A DNA stretch of 64,000 nucleotides from a bacterium (lineage in GTDB: Bacteria > UBA8248): the NCBI GenBank assembly GCA_965213685.1, contig CBDBZY010000064.1, forward strand, positions 1,280,001-1,344,000. The letters run 5' to 3'. Numbering within the stretch: the stretch's first letter is position 1; the number at the start of each line of letters is the position of its first letter. Of this stretch, positions 31,990-45,250 are shown one piece after another. Position numbers and translations under genes: made by a program. The notes below the pieces were generated by a model. That model searched no databases. It saw only the letters and a list, made by a program, of their open reading frames with translations, and had not been told where the DNA came from.

Positions 31990-32461
31990 GGAGTGATAGA
32001 TTCTGTTCCAACATGACCCTTTGGCTAAGAATTGAATATGTCGCGCATTTTATAGTCATGCCTGGCACCTACACTAAGGAATAACCTCTCCTGAAAGCAG
32101 ATGGAAGCCTACACTACTTTGAGTCTGGCTATGCTGACATAATGTCAGAACATCATTGCTTTAGACCTGACAAGTACCAGTCTTGTCCTGACATAAATGC
32201 TTTACTTTCATCTCAGCATCAGCATCTAGGCCTTGGCTATTGGCACGTATTCAGTGACGTTACTCAAGCTCCGCTTCTTAAAAAGAAGCATTGTTCGCTT
32301 GTGTATGTGCTGTCTACAGCCTTTCGTAGTGGAAGCTCCTGGTGCCAGTTTCTGAAAATGAAGGTGAACCCAAACCAGTGTTCCCTGAATAATGTACACA
32401 AGCCTTGGATCATCACTGATGGCCATATAGTCTGCGCTCACTGCACCTGTAATGCAGGGTA

Positions 32462-32685
32462 CCTTAAGGTGACAATTTTTTGCGGGTACCAATCTTTGCG
32501 GATTGGCACAAAAACGTTTGTACATGCAAACAAAAGTTTTACTAGCTTTTAGTCTTGTCAACATTACATTTGAATGATTGGTAATCTCAGTCACAAGTGA
32601 AAATAGCAAAATTTAATACCTGCAAAATGATGATAATCCCAAAATTGCAAAAAAAATGTACTTGTAAATAATAGTCACCTTAAGG
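32462..32685. mobile_element. TA-TSD MITE inserted in a splice donor
   Basis: TA-CCTTAAGGTGAC...GTCACCTTAAGG-TA. Confidence 0.8.
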
Positions 32686-33224
32686 TAAGTGAGCATGCCT
32701 GTTTTCTGGAATGTTTAATTCTTGAATCTCATCTATACTAGGCTTGGTGAAAGATGCTCACATATAGCAGCTGTCATGTGGAGTGTGCTGTGAGATTGGG
32801 CTACACATCTCAAGGGTGCAAGTGGAATGAGACATTCTGTAACAAGGTATGTTACTTCCGTGATATGTTCCTATGATTTTAATATCTAACTTAAAATCCA
32901 GCTATCTCCGATCACAATTAACCGACCAAAGAGAGGAAAAAGTTCACATGACACTGAAAGTTCCGTAGTTAGAAAGCCTCCTCCAAATACAGAGGAGGTC
33001 CTTTTGAGTGCATTAAAAAGCACTCTACTATCATTCTGCTGTGGTGTTTCCTCATTAAATCCACAAAGTCCATCTATTCCACCTCCTGATCCAGTCCTCT
33101 GCAAGCTCCCTCAACCCCTTACAGCTCTAAAGAAAATTAAATCTTGCAAAATATCCACAAAGGAGCTAGAAGCTGCATGTGAGGATGTTTTTGAGTGAGG
33201 CACTATTGTGAGTCACTAACAGCC

Positions 33225-33460
33225 ACCCTAATCTTGTGCCACCAGAGCTCCCTTAGGCATTGACTGGAAACACCTCTCCATCAGAGGAGGGGCCATAGGT
33301 GGATTCATGTCTAAGATGTTAATGTATGACGTCAGCACCTGGTGATGGATAAAATGAGTATTTCTGGTGACTCAGGTGAAAAAGAACTTCCATCCTGAGC
33401 ATCAAACCTGGGCCTAGTGACTGGGAGTCCAGTGTACCAAGCACCAAACCACTACTTGGG
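33225..33460 (-). mobile_element. tRNA-derived SINE-like repeat
   Basis: The minus strand has a tRNA-like head (gactcccagtc stem-loop, degenerate B box ggtttgatgc); homologous pieces at 49005-49085 and 49169-49330. Confidence 0.5.
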
Positions 33461-34862
33461 ACATGTACATATCTTTTATCTATTCTGCTTACTGAAAAAT
33501 CAATCAAGCAGCCAAGTAATAGATCCAAAGAGAGTGCTATGTTCAGATACATGCAAAGGTGAAGCTATGTATGTAGTTGAAATCAAGAAACGTGATTGTG
33601 TTGTTCCTTTTGTAACTTGATTATGTTTCTGCTTTTGCTTCATAGGAGTGTGGTTGCTCTATGTAAATTTCTGAGCAGTCAGTAATGCACTTGGTGTGAG
33701 GATACAGATCCTTCAAAATGAGAGGCATGTTGGCATGGCTTGCACTGGCCACTTAATTAGAAACCAGAGATGTAGATGCATTAAGTACATGTATCTGTTG
33801 AATATGTCAGAAGCAGTTGAAGAGCCAATTATTCAACCAATAAGCAAGGTCTTCAGCAAGTAAGTTGATCAAGAAAGAATAGGGCAGCAAGTGCTCAAAA
33901 TGTAGCAAGATGGTTAAATACCGCACATGATAGCAAGCCAGTGTAACACTTAATGCATTCATCGGTAAGTGGACTCCTTGCCTCAAGTATGCAAATGCTT
34001 GGAGCACAAGACGAAGCAAAAGTAGAACACTGACTTCCCATTGTCTTCCGTTCTTTGGTCTCAGATTGAGTTTCTGCATGAACCTTCCTAGGGTCCTTAA
34101 GAAGTAGTAGACTTTCTGCTGCATTCTCAATACCTTTCATTTCACATTCTTCTGCCACTCATCTGTTCTCTTTGTCAAACTCTTCTGCCTCCACAACTTT
34201 TCTCCTTTTATCACTCCTCTTTTGGCGCTCAATTCAAGAGTCCTTGACATCATGGAGTGGGCAAACACAGTCGGGACATAATGTCATCAAACCTCTCTAC
34301 TGGCTTTCCTGAAACAGAATGAAACAATAACTACAAGTTCCCACTTATACGCCTATCATGTACAGGTCTGTCATTACCTGATACTAAGTGCTCTCTGCGA
34401 ATAATGTACATGTTTGTTTGCTCAACTGCCAATCTTGGTCCTTATGCCAGTAATCCACCTCTTTCATCTGTCACTTGGTTGCATTGAAAAGCAAAAGAAG
34501 CCAAGCCCACACTTTTCTTCATGATGATTTATGCATCTGATAGCCCAGCAGCTAACAACCATTGTACTGCTGACATTTTGTGCCAGCCAGGTGTGCATTA
34601 ATTGGAATTTAGTGCACCACACTTATTAGTCCAGTCCTATCTATAGATTCTAAGTATAATGAGTAATTTTTCATTATGTTTTCAGAGGCTACACTACATC
34701 AAAACTTCAGTGCACAAATTCCACTGCAACATCACAATCCATGAAAGCATTCCATAGTGCTAGCTATTATCCACTCCCCCCTAAATACAGCCCATTGTGG
34801 TAACTACAAATGTATTTTAGGTACAACCATCACATTGTACATCATGCTGGGAAATTACAGTA

Positions 34863-35523
34863 CTGGTCACAGACAAGGTACATGTATAACGCAAACGTGT
34901 TTATCTCCAGAGACGAATGCATTTATCTCCGAAGACGAACGCGTTTGTCTCCGGAGATGAACACACTTGTCTCCAGCGATGAACGCGTGTCTCCAGCAAT
35001 GAACACGTTTGCCCTCGTGTGTAAACATGTTTGTCCAAACACGCTTGCTGAATGCGTATACCGTTTGTAGTACCCACTCCCATTTTTTGCACGTGCTGCT
35101 CGTATTGTGTCGCTGTGTGGTATGTGACGCCTCAGAGTTTTCTGCTACCGAGCAAGTATCGTGCAAGCAAGTCAGTGAGGAGACTAACCATCTTATGAAT
35201 ACGAGCATTCAGCATGTCTGTGTGCAGGCGTATGTGTGTTTGAAACTCTGTTTGCGTACGCATATGTATCGACGTCGCGGCGACACGATCACAAGGGAAT
35301 TAGTGGCACATGTGCAAAAAAGGGTGGGTACGTACCTAGGATGGTACACGCAACTAAATGCATCCAGCAAACGAGTTTACAGCAGGGAGCAAAAGCGTTT
35401 ACACGAGAGGGCAAACACATTCATCGCTGGAGACAAATGTGTTCATCTCCAGAGACAAACACGTTCGTCTCCAAAGACAAACACATGCAGAATGCGCTTG
35501 TGTTATACCTTGTCTCTGATCAG
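34863..35523. mobile_element. TA-flanked TIR element with subterminal ~22-bp tandem repeats
   Basis: TA-CTGGTCACAGACAAGGTA / TACCTTGTCTCTGATCAG-TA; the unit gaacgcgtttgtctccggagat is repeated near the left end and inverted near the right end. Confidence 0.75.
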
Positions 35524-35555
35524 TACTGTACTGATCAGTAGTGTTCCTTTATATA

Positions 35556-36249
35556 CAGTATGGGTCAGTAAAACATTTCCATTCCGTGTTCGTGCAATGG
35601 TTGTGCAACGATGTTTACCATTCCGTCTTCATACCGTTTCCATTTTTATTGCATTCTGTGTTTTGCTTGGCACGTGCACCGTTTAATAGCGAGGTGAGAA
35701 CGGAAGGCAGCATTTTGGTTGTAGAACAACAGTAGTTTTCACTAAGTACACTAAGCAGTGCATTTAGTTCAGGTTCAGAGAAAGAACCCCCCCCCCCCCG
35801 ACTATTTCGCGTCTTCTCCTAGAGGAAGATATTGTAGTGAGTCGGAATACGACACTGAAGTTTTTGCGAGGCTACAAGGAAAGTAGTACAATCGTACGAA
35901 AGCCTTGGGAGCAGCTATTGCAGCGAAGTGAGTGATGAATTGAAGCAGATATATGAGCGAAGGAAGAGCAATGACGAGACCACGGTGGCACAGCTGGGCC
36001 AGCTTACTGCTACGCTCTTGTAGTGCCTATCTTAGGGACATCTTGGCAGACATAATCTTTCCAACTTTGACACTTCAACCTTTCTACGCAACACGTGGCT
36101 GAAAAAATTGCATTTCACTGAAATAGACGCTGCGTAGAACGTACTGTTGTACAGTGCGTGTTCGTCAATTTCAGGTCTTTCCAACGTGGAACGTACACGA
36201 TGCGTGTTTTAATAAACACAAAACAGAAAGTTTTTACAGACCCATACTG
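35556..36249 (+). mobile_element. Non-autonomous Tc1/mariner element
   Basis: TA-CAGTATGGGTCAGTAAAA...TTTTACAGACCCATACTG-TA; internal NDETTVAQL remnant. Confidence 0.8.
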
Positions 36250-36411
36250 TACTTTGAAACAGCATGCTAACAATTATAATTCACATACAAAACAAAAGCC
36301 AGTTCTAGTAACACTTCATTTCTCAATGTCAAGAAAGTGTATGATAGGGTGATTGAGTGTATTACACACTCCGTGCAATAAGTGAAGATTGAAGGCTAAT
36401 GCTGTGATGTA

Positions 36412-37272
36412 CAGTAGGTGTCATTAAAAAGTACGTGTTTCTGTTCTGTACAATGGCCATTCTATGGAATAGCCCACCCCGTTCTGTTCGTGTCAATTTC
36501 CAGTTTCTCATTGTTGTTCCGCGAACCTTTCTGTTCCATTGGTCTCCTGTTCCATTCCATTCCGGTCTAGTCTGTTCCGTTTTCTAAACCGTTTTCACAC
36601 TTTCAGTCGTCACTTTAGTGAAGCCAGTCGAAGATGGTATTCGATGAGTACACAAAGAGAAGAATCATAAAATACTACAGAGAAGGGTATAGCTCGAGAA
36701 AGATCGCGTATCTGTTCAAGAAGGAAGGTGTGAAGGTGAGCTACAGTGGCATCAGGAAGTTTTTGTTGAAGTTCAAACAAACTGGGTCTACCTCTCAACG
36801 CTCAGGTAGCGGACGTCCATCGAAGCTGAGGCCGCAAGAGAGATCATAGAATGGCAGATGTATAAAGATGATGAAACGACTGCTGTCCAACTTAGCACAA
36901 TTTTGTCAAGCAGAGGATACACTTACGATTCAGCTCCTGGAGAGCACGAAGGGCCGCCTGTCAGGACATCCTTGCTAGTCCACAGGTGACAGCTACCCAA
37001 GAGATACAGCTCAACGTCAGTAGCAAAGGGATGGGAAGAACGAATTGCTTCGTGCGACTTTGCACCTGGACTCAGGCCATTGACACGTGGAAGAATGGAA
37101 CAAAACGGGAACAGGATGGAATGGGATGGAAAAAAATGGAATGGGTGACAAATTAATGGAAATTGAGAGCCCGGACATGCCCCATTTTTCTTCCATTTTT
37201 TTTTTTTAATGGGAGCCCATGCAACAGCCGTACTATGGAACGGAAACGCATACTTTTTAATGACGCCTACTG
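36412..37272 (+). mobile_element. Internally deleted Tc1-like element with N-terminal HTH ORF (36634-36849)
   Basis: TA-CAGTAGGTGTCATTAAAAAG...CTTTTTAATGACGCCTACTG-TA; ORF YREGYSSRKIA...FKQTGS..RSGSGRPSKL, then DDETTAVQL. Confidence 0.88.
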
Positions 37273-37872
37273 TACTTCAAAGGTAGTGAATAGGTATAGG
37301 GGAGCATGTAGTTCAGTATTAGACATTGATTTGGTTTAGGATGCTGCACAGAATGGTCATGTATAGAAGATGAATATAGGAATAGAAATTGTCTCAAGAC
37401 ATCACAGCATTAATTTGATTGTTAGTAGGTAATTATTGCTTTCAGTCATTGGGTTGTTATCAAGTATGGCAGCAAGTAAGATTACAGTTTCAATTAGTGG
37501 CGGTGGTGCCAGTTACCCATTGGACAGTTTATTGAGCAAATACAAGGTCGGCAAATGATTTTGAGCCAACTCTTCGATGCATTTGAGAGCTACTAGCCTT
37601 CATTAATAGGATGTTAGTACAATGGTCATTACAGATATTCATATGCAAGCCTAGTGCCCAGAGGACGATCCTCACTACCCCAACTGGTGACACTTCATTC
37701 AGCTTACACATACAAATTCACTTAATGCAGAACATTGTGGGTGAGAGGGAACGAGCCAGCTGCTGAATCTGCTGCTGAAATGTAGGGGCAAAAGAACGGA
37801 AAGCTGATGTGTGAACCCATGCTATATGTCACCACAGTCACTATTATCCCATCTTCCGTGTGAGGATACTTA

Positions 37873-38373
37873 CAGTAGGCATCATTAAAAAGTTTCCGTA
37901 CCATTTGCGTTCTGTTTTGCATGCTACATGTATTTGCGTAGGGTTTGCATTGGGCTACCGAGCAGTTTGTGGGGAGTTGCGTAGGGGTTGCGTGGGGCTT
38001 CCGTTCGGTGTACAATCCATTTACCATCTGTCTAACTATACGTTATTGTAATTCCGGTACTCAATGAGTGCGAGTGCAAGGTATGTACTCTCCCAGGTGC
38101 AGTCAACGATTTTTGACTATTACACTAACGAACAATGCTCTTCTGTTACTCCGACAGTCGACAGTCCTTCGAGGTTTAACAGTTTCATGTGCGCACACAC
38201 GTTGCTCCTCTGTTTTCAAAATTTCATAGACTGTTCAGGTACCATTCATTAGCTTGCATTCTCTGTCTGTTCTCCATCCATTTAGCGTCTGTTCACTGTC
38301 CGTTTTGTGTCCATTTACCATTCATCGAAAACGAAATGCAAATGGTACAGAAACTTTTTTATGACGCCTACTG
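37873..38373. mobile_element. Tc1-type MITE
   Basis: TA-CAGTAGGCATCATTAAAAAGTTTCCGTACCATTTGC and its inverted counterpart ending ATGACGCCTACTG-TA. Confidence 0.85.
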
Positions 38374-39179
38374 TACATGTACTTAGACTGCAGCTGTATT
38401 CAATTCTGAAATCTGATTGGTCAGGAGCGTGGCTTCTACAGCCGATAGTGACCTGGACTGTGAATTCTATTGTGTCCGCAGGCTATTCACGTAAAATTGT
38501 AATAGTGCATGTTAAATAGAAATCCGCGTGGTGAGCAAATGCGAACTTCATTGAAAAATTTAAACACCAGCGCAATCCTTGCGCTCTTCCGCGTCTAATG
38601 GTACCTTTCATTACACCTGAATTATTCCTGTTCAAACGTTAGGGGTATGTTCCATAAAGAAAGTAGAGATGCCATTGACCACAAAGAATTTAGTGTGCGT
38701 GACCTCCACACACGCACCTCGCGCAAAGATGGCACATACGTACACTGTCGACTGTCACAGAGGAGTAAGAGTTGCGAGAAACCTTCACTACAAAAACCAT
38801 GAAGGTTTGTCAGGTGATTAGAGCAAGCTGCTATCCTAGACTTTATATTATAGACAGTGAAACATGGAGCAGCTGTCCCAACGCTTAAAATGTGAACTCA
38901 CCTCTGCGCCCCTGCCCTTAGCCGTAACGTAACCCTTGCCTTCTCTCTAGCCTACTCCTGGGTCTAACCTGGCCTAGCTTGAGAGCACATGGGTAAGGCT
39001 GGGCTAAGGGCTAGATGCCCACGCAGCCATTAACCGCAAAAATGTGTGTAGTTGTAACAATGACAGGCGCTTACATAAGCAAGTAAACCACAGCTATTTC
39101 TGGGGCTTAGGTGAAGTCAATTAATTACAAGGATACATGAGTAGAGGTACACATAAGTTGAGTAGTGGTGCTGACTACT

Positions 39180-40531
39180 TATTCGCCCCCAGGGTCACTA
39201 TCAGTGGCAGATAAGACAGTCTGCTTAGGCCACACAAAACAGCTGATGAGTCTGGGTCTCGCTTGAAATATAGGTCTGTGCAAGGGACCATGGCGGTGGT
39301 GGTTGGAGGGCTGACTCAACACTATGGGTCCTGGGTCGTTCTGGACAGTTGAGTATGTCAAAAAGAGCTTTCCACTGTTGATCTGACATCCTCTTGTAGG
39401 AACACACACCCTCCAGACTACGGTGACTTGTTTGTTCCATGACTAACTGTTCATCAACGCCTGAGTGGAGTGGTATAGCCTGCTGGTAGTTGTGGCTCTT
39501 AAAAAGTGATTGGTCTTGTGCCCCAGAATGCCAGCTGATGAACACAGACGAACAACTGTTTTGCACGGCTTGGTGTGGCCAAGTGGCTGTTTTGAATACC
39601 AGCAGGTGGCAGTTGGATGGATTGCTGGTCTGAGGTGGAAGGCGTCAGCTGGTGCATTGTTTGAGCACAAGGACATGTAGAGCTTGAAGAGACGCACAAA
39701 GCACCATTATCTGGCAAGAATTATGCCTAAGCTGTCTGTGTTCTCTCCCACTCCTCAGGGCAAAGTAGTACCCATTATAAAATATAATGGTGTCCAGGAG
39801 AGTTTGAGATGTGTGGTCGCCAAGCAAGCCTTTTACCCATAGACTGTCCTCTCAGCCTCTGTTAGTGTTTCAGCTTGCTTCCTGGTGGAACCTACTCCTA
39901 GTTGCTATAGCCTCTTCATCTCTGCATCTAGAGATTTTCGAGTCTACGAATTCTGGGTCTTTGAAAGAGTCAAGCCCAGGCTGACCAGTGCATCTCACAT
40001 GTCTCATTATCCCAACAGTAATGTGGTGCAGAGTTAGGTGGGTACACTTCTTCAGACTTCTTCGAACCTCAAGCACAAATCTTGTTAACCAATACTGCAT
40101 TTGTGTGTTGTCATGTTTGCTATTGTTGGAAGGTCAGAGTTTGTTGTCTCCATTCTGTGTTTCCTCCATGCCTCTAAAAGTCCAATGCATTGTTTTGTGT
40201 CTGCCACAGGTACAGCTCTCTCTTGCATGTGTTCAATCTCTTCGTCTGTCACAAGCTGTGTGAAACAAGCGCCAGAGTGGGTGGGGCTGGTGTAAGGGAC
40301 TGGTACCGGGCCCGGGTCAGACTGAGGGAGTACCATGTGGGATGTCGAAATGTGTATGAGTTTGGGACTGGATGTGGAGGCGGTGGTGTTGTGCTCTAAG
40401 GTCTCACTAGCAGCTAGTAGTAGGCTGTCTATCTCCTTGTCGTCGTTCTCGTTATCGATCGGCTGCATGAACTGAAGAATTTCTGCACTGAAATACAACT
40501 CCAAATCCATCGCTAACCCCTGTTTTGACAT
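39180..40531 (-). pseudogene. Crypton (DUF3504/ZMYM-like) tyrosine recombinase, frameshifted
   Basis: WLTRFVLEVRR, LGDHTSQTLLDTIIFYNGYYFALRSGREHRQL (catalytic R), KTNHFLRAT (HxLR), SGVDEQLVMEQTSHRSLEGVCSYKR (catalytic Y). Confidence 0.85.
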
Positions 40532-42152
40532 GAAAACAGGTCGCCTTAGCTACAGGTACATGTAAGATGGGCTCATCCAATGAAAGGTATGAGAGTTAGA
40601 ACGCCTCAGGCCCTTAGAAATAGGTTGTTCTGTTGCTACGTGTAAGTGCATTGCCCTAGCTACAGTCTAAAATAGTTAGACAGTCTCGTCCAATGAAAAC
40701 TACGGAATTTAGCAGGCTGAGGGCCCTGCACTGTAGTGTCCGAGCGTCTCGCCGTCTAACTATTATTTGTCAGTCAAATGTACATACTTCTACTTCTAGT
40801 TCTACATCCACAGTATACTTGCCTAGCATCCACCCATGAAAGAGCTATGTCTTCGTAGCATCATCAATATAAACATTCCTGTTTCCCGTCTGTTCGACAG
40901 ACTGCTCTGTACTGTTCTGTTCCCCTTTTCTTCCATTCAATTTGCATGCAATTATTATCCATTCCATTGTGTGCTGTTCTGTTCAGTCCTTCGTGTAGCT
41001 TGCATTCTAGTACTGTCCAACAGTCCCCTGCGTGCTTTAGAGTGTGCCAAGAAGCACACTGCATTTCACGACCAGGGGTTACAGTGTGGGAGAGATTGCC
41101 ATGCTATTCAAAGAACTTAAAGGGGGGTTTGAGAGGGATTGCGACGTCATGAAAGTGTGTTGCTTACCAGTTAGCTTTTACCGAGCTTTTAGGCTTATGT
41201 GTAGAGCTGTATTCCTTCCTGGATGTTCACTGTACTCCATAAATGGACTAACCAAATTCAAAACAGTGGCGATCTTGAATTTGAGCACAGTTTTTTTTAG
41301 GATTTCCGTATATTTTGTGTGACATTATTAATTAACGCCTAGGGTAAGAACTAGTTTTACAACCAGTACGTTTTGTGAAGTACATGTCATAGGCAAACCA
41401 AATGCAGGCTTATGATTAGGTAAACTGATGGAACTACTAGGACTTAAGCTCACAGCCCTGCTCTACTACCACACTCAGATTATGGGTCGATCTTCTTTTG
41501 TTTTAGAGGAAAGTATTTTGCTGCTTTCTTTCTTGTTAGTGGGTGTCCTTGAGGAGCCATTTTCATATCACTTGGGACTCCAGAATGATGTCTATTAATC
41601 TCTGTGGCTCCCAGCACCCTTGTCTGACTCTTGATTATACAATCTATGTTGAAAGAATGTGCATGCATTGTTGTCACTTACTGTCTGAAGGTCCATGTGT
41701 GTGCAGCATACAAGCAATTGATGTTGTTAGTGAATGTGATGCCTTACAGTATGCTAGGATTTATTAATTCCAGAGATGTACCAGTATTCTCTCCAGCATG
41801 TCTGCTGTTACTTCCTAAAGAGCAGTGTGGTACCTTGAAAGCTGGTCCTCTGAGGGACTATGTAGAGTATTCGTAATGGCAGACATGCTAGAGAGAGTAA
41901 TGCAACTGTCTCTGAAACCTAGCGTAAGTCAATGTATGTATCACATGCACCAACAGCATCAATTGCTTATATGCACTTCACATACACATGTACATGTACA
42001 GTGTATGTGGACCCTGTAAGTGACCACAATACATAGTAGAGCATCAGCAAGGTGCGTATGCAAATATTGCAGGTTCAAGTCCCACCTGAGGCAGCTCCAA
42101 GAACAAGAACAGGTTTATTATTGCCACGGCAGCTACATGTATATAACCTAGG

Positions 42153-42823
42153 TTGTGTCATACCTATGACGTAGATCAAATACGCCGCTCGAACCTTAAA
42201 TCGGATAAAGTGCGTTGCCCGCGCACTATACTTTAACCAACCCACTCACTGCGTTTAACTAGTAGCACATAACCACTGTGATGTCACTCTAGTCCTGTCC
42301 AGATCTAGTTACTGTACTGTACAGACAACGACTGGTTGGAATCCGAACGATTTGGAAGTCTGGGACAACCCTTACCTCCGCTTTTGCCATGGAACGAGGA
42401 GTAGGCAGAAGGTCCGGAGGAATAGACTCTAGGCAGCTTAGGTAGGAGGAGTTCCAGGTAAAGGCAGAGGTAAACCAGCAGACTCCCAAATCGAACGGGT
42501 CGTTCGGATTCCGAACAGTCATTGCCTATTACTGGTACGGTCGAGCTAGCTACACAACATGGAACAGTAACTATCTGAACAAGGACAAGATTGACGTCAC
42601 AGTTGCCAAGGTAGTACCATGGCAATGACCACAAATTTAGCCTTTCACGTCACGGTTGCTATGGGAAATCACGCGTTGCTATGGTTTGTGGTATGACACA
42701 AAATAGTTATATACCGGAAGCTCGGATGTATCCGGTTTAAAGCACTCGGCCCTCGGGCGCTTCGCGCCCTTGGGACTCATGCTTTAAATCGGACACATCC
42801 CTCGCATCCGGTATATAACTATT
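42153..42823. mobile_element. Crypton-like non-autonomous end structure: short IR pair plus 120-bp terminal hairpin
   Basis: ttgtgtcatacc (42153) / ggtatgacacaa (42690); hairpin aatagttatataccgga...tccggtatataactatt at 42702-42823. Family assignment is inference. Confidence 0.45.
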
Positions 42824-43471
42824 ACTTGTAGCCCGGTGCGTGGGCGGATCAAAGGCGCCGACAGTGCAATATTCTCCGTATAGCCCTCTGCACACACGTT
42901 CTAACGATATTCATGCATATATTGCACTGCGGTCAGTGCAATATATCAATGAATCTCATTAAAAACCCAAAGCAACGGGCAATATATCGATGAATATAGT
43001 TGTATAATCCTGTGGTTTTCATAGGAATGTTCAGATTCCATGAGGCCAGAGCTACGTACGCATGCGAGATCCACTAAGGGCTCTGCAGTTGACTGTACAT
43101 GTACTATGAACAACTTGTAGCCCGGCAACACTACCAGTTTTCAAAACCACTCCGCTCCTAGGTTGAGTGGGCTCGGGCCTTTTCTCCTGGACTCACTGAC
43201 ATAGCATCCATCTTCCGCCCCAACACGTTACAGCTCTGCAGTGGTAGTGAAGCCAGGAGAAAGCAGTGCTGGAGCCCGCTCTGCCTAGGAGCGGCCACTC
43301 TTCACACCACGCCGCTCATACGCAAAACCAGCGGGCTATGGCACTGCTTTTCTCCTAGTCTCACTGCCGTAAAACCGGCCGTCTTCCTTAACGCAATGCA
43401 GCTGTACTACGCACTAGCTGAACCTAGGCAGTTTAGCCTGGCTAAAAACCGGTTTTACCGGGCTACAAACC

Positions 43472-43598
43472 AGTTATAACACGGCAGCAGTGGGCAGTAT
43501 GCAATATACGCCCTCGTGCATGAACGCAATTAGAGCCTGAGGCATTCCTGCACTTGGGCATATATATCGCATACCGCCCTAACTGTCATGTTATAACT
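43472..43598. repeat. Imperfect ~125-bp hairpin
   Basis: agttataaca...tgttataact with internal complementarity. Confidence 0.55.
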
Positions 43599-44816
43599 AA
43601 TATGTATATATACCCTGGCTACCTAGGGTGTATGGGTATTGTACCCTGTGGCGGTGTCTACAATCCTTTGCACATCACGGTACAAGATTTACATGTACTT
43701 GTACTCTAAGAGTTAAGGCATAGTGGTCTGCCATGAGAACATATGGATTTCCATAAACGCCATGCCCAAAGTCAAAAATGAAAAATGGCATGCAAATGGG
43801 GAATGGGATTAAGCTAAACAGACTGCCCATTTTTCACCCGTTCAATTGCAGTTTATTTTAAAACGGGCACCCACGTAAAGCCGTTCACCGAACAAGAAAT
43901 GTTTATTGATGCCTACTGTACAACACACTACTACAGAACACCAATATAAATGCAGAAATGCACTCAGGATATTGCAAATCAAAATTTCACCTGGGCTTCT
44001 TGGATATAAGCACATGGTCCACAGAGGGCTGCGAGTAATATATCATTGAAAAACGTACCCTAAGTATGAATGAGAAGAGGAGCATTGTAATCAGAAGGCA
44101 TTCAGAGAGATTCATATAAATGTACATGTACATGTACATGTACATGTATCACCAAAGTCGTTTATTTGGTTGTACTAAAAATAGTAGAAAGGAGAGTGCT
44201 CAACAATGAATAGCTCACTTGTTCAGACTGCTGACATAATAAATACAGGTAGTAGCAACAGATATGGTATTCCAAAACTGGCACAGATGTACAAGAAAAA
44301 TACACGCATTTCGACCTTGTGGGGATGGATGTACCAAGTTACTATGTGTTCAAATTCATGCCTTCTGGGTGGAGAGATTTTAATTGTTTAATCCAGTATC
44401 TCCCCTACCTCTTCCTCAAGCATTCTTCCTGGCTTCTCATCATCTCAATGACAGTAATACTGAGGTCCTCCCAATGACAATAATAACAATGACAGTAATA
44501 CTGAGGTCCTCCCAGGAGTGGTCTGAACTGCACCTTTCTCTGTCTGCCTGCGAAAGATGTTGTAGTAGTAGCCATTCAGATGGATGTGAGGAGCATTCTG
44601 AGTCTCACCCACACTAAATCAGGTAGATCATATTTTCAGTGGCAGTAACTTTTATGTAGAAGGTATGCCCAGTGACAGAACTCTTTAGGGTGGTGCCTAG
44701 CTTGATATGTTTGCAAGTGAGGCAACAGCTGCTGCCAGAACTGCTACCTCTGCCACTGCAACAACATTATTCACAGGCAGAGAGAGGCATGAACCTGGAC
44801 ACATAGTAACTTAATA

Positions 44817-45250
44817 CCGTAGAGCGGGAATCTTTCGAGGGAGAAAACTTTCGCGAATTGACATAAAATATGATTTCACGGAGAAAACTTTCGTGCTGGG
44901 CCCACCACACACTACATGCATGCATGGGCATGGTTTCAACTGATCGTCACACCTGCAGTAGTAACAGGGCACAGAGTTCACTGACAAGATTATGAGCGAA
45001 CAAAGCTACGCACAAGCATAACGACAGAAAGCAGTCCATCAGGCTTTGGTAGTGTGGAGGTAGACTGGAAGTACTTGTACAAAGACCTGGTCTTTCCGGG
45101 GCAAGATGAACTTCGGCCCGTTGCATGCAGGCAAGAGACGACACATGTGCTATCTGCCACGCCTCCAAAATGAACCCCGAACTTTTGCGGATATTCAAAA
45201 ACCACAAAATTCATGAAAGTTTTCTCCCTCGAAAGGTTCCCACTATACGG
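44817..45250. mobile_element. TA-TSD MITE
   Basis: TA-CCGTAGAGCGGGAATCTTTCGAGGGAGAAAACTTTC...GAAAGTTTTCTCCCTCGAAAGGTTCCCACTATACGG-TA. Confidence 0.85.

Larger units (their letters stand above)
31517..34646. mobile_element. ISL2EU-like element 2 (internally deleted): SWIM gene on +, THAP-transposase on -
   Basis: About 70-bp imperfect TIRs (ctata.a.aggactggac...gtgc.ctaaatt...gcacacctgg.tggca). Plus strand: HKPWIITDGHIVCAHCTCNAG|LGERCSHIAA (SWIM). Minus strand from about 34563: MVVSCWAIRC...KRWITGI...EH (THAP-like) and IKCYTGL. Confidence 0.75.

Noticed and set aside
33380-33460. Functional tRNA-Gly gene
   Set aside because: Degenerate boxes, no proper acceptor stem, and attached to a dispersed body, so it fits a SINE head better.
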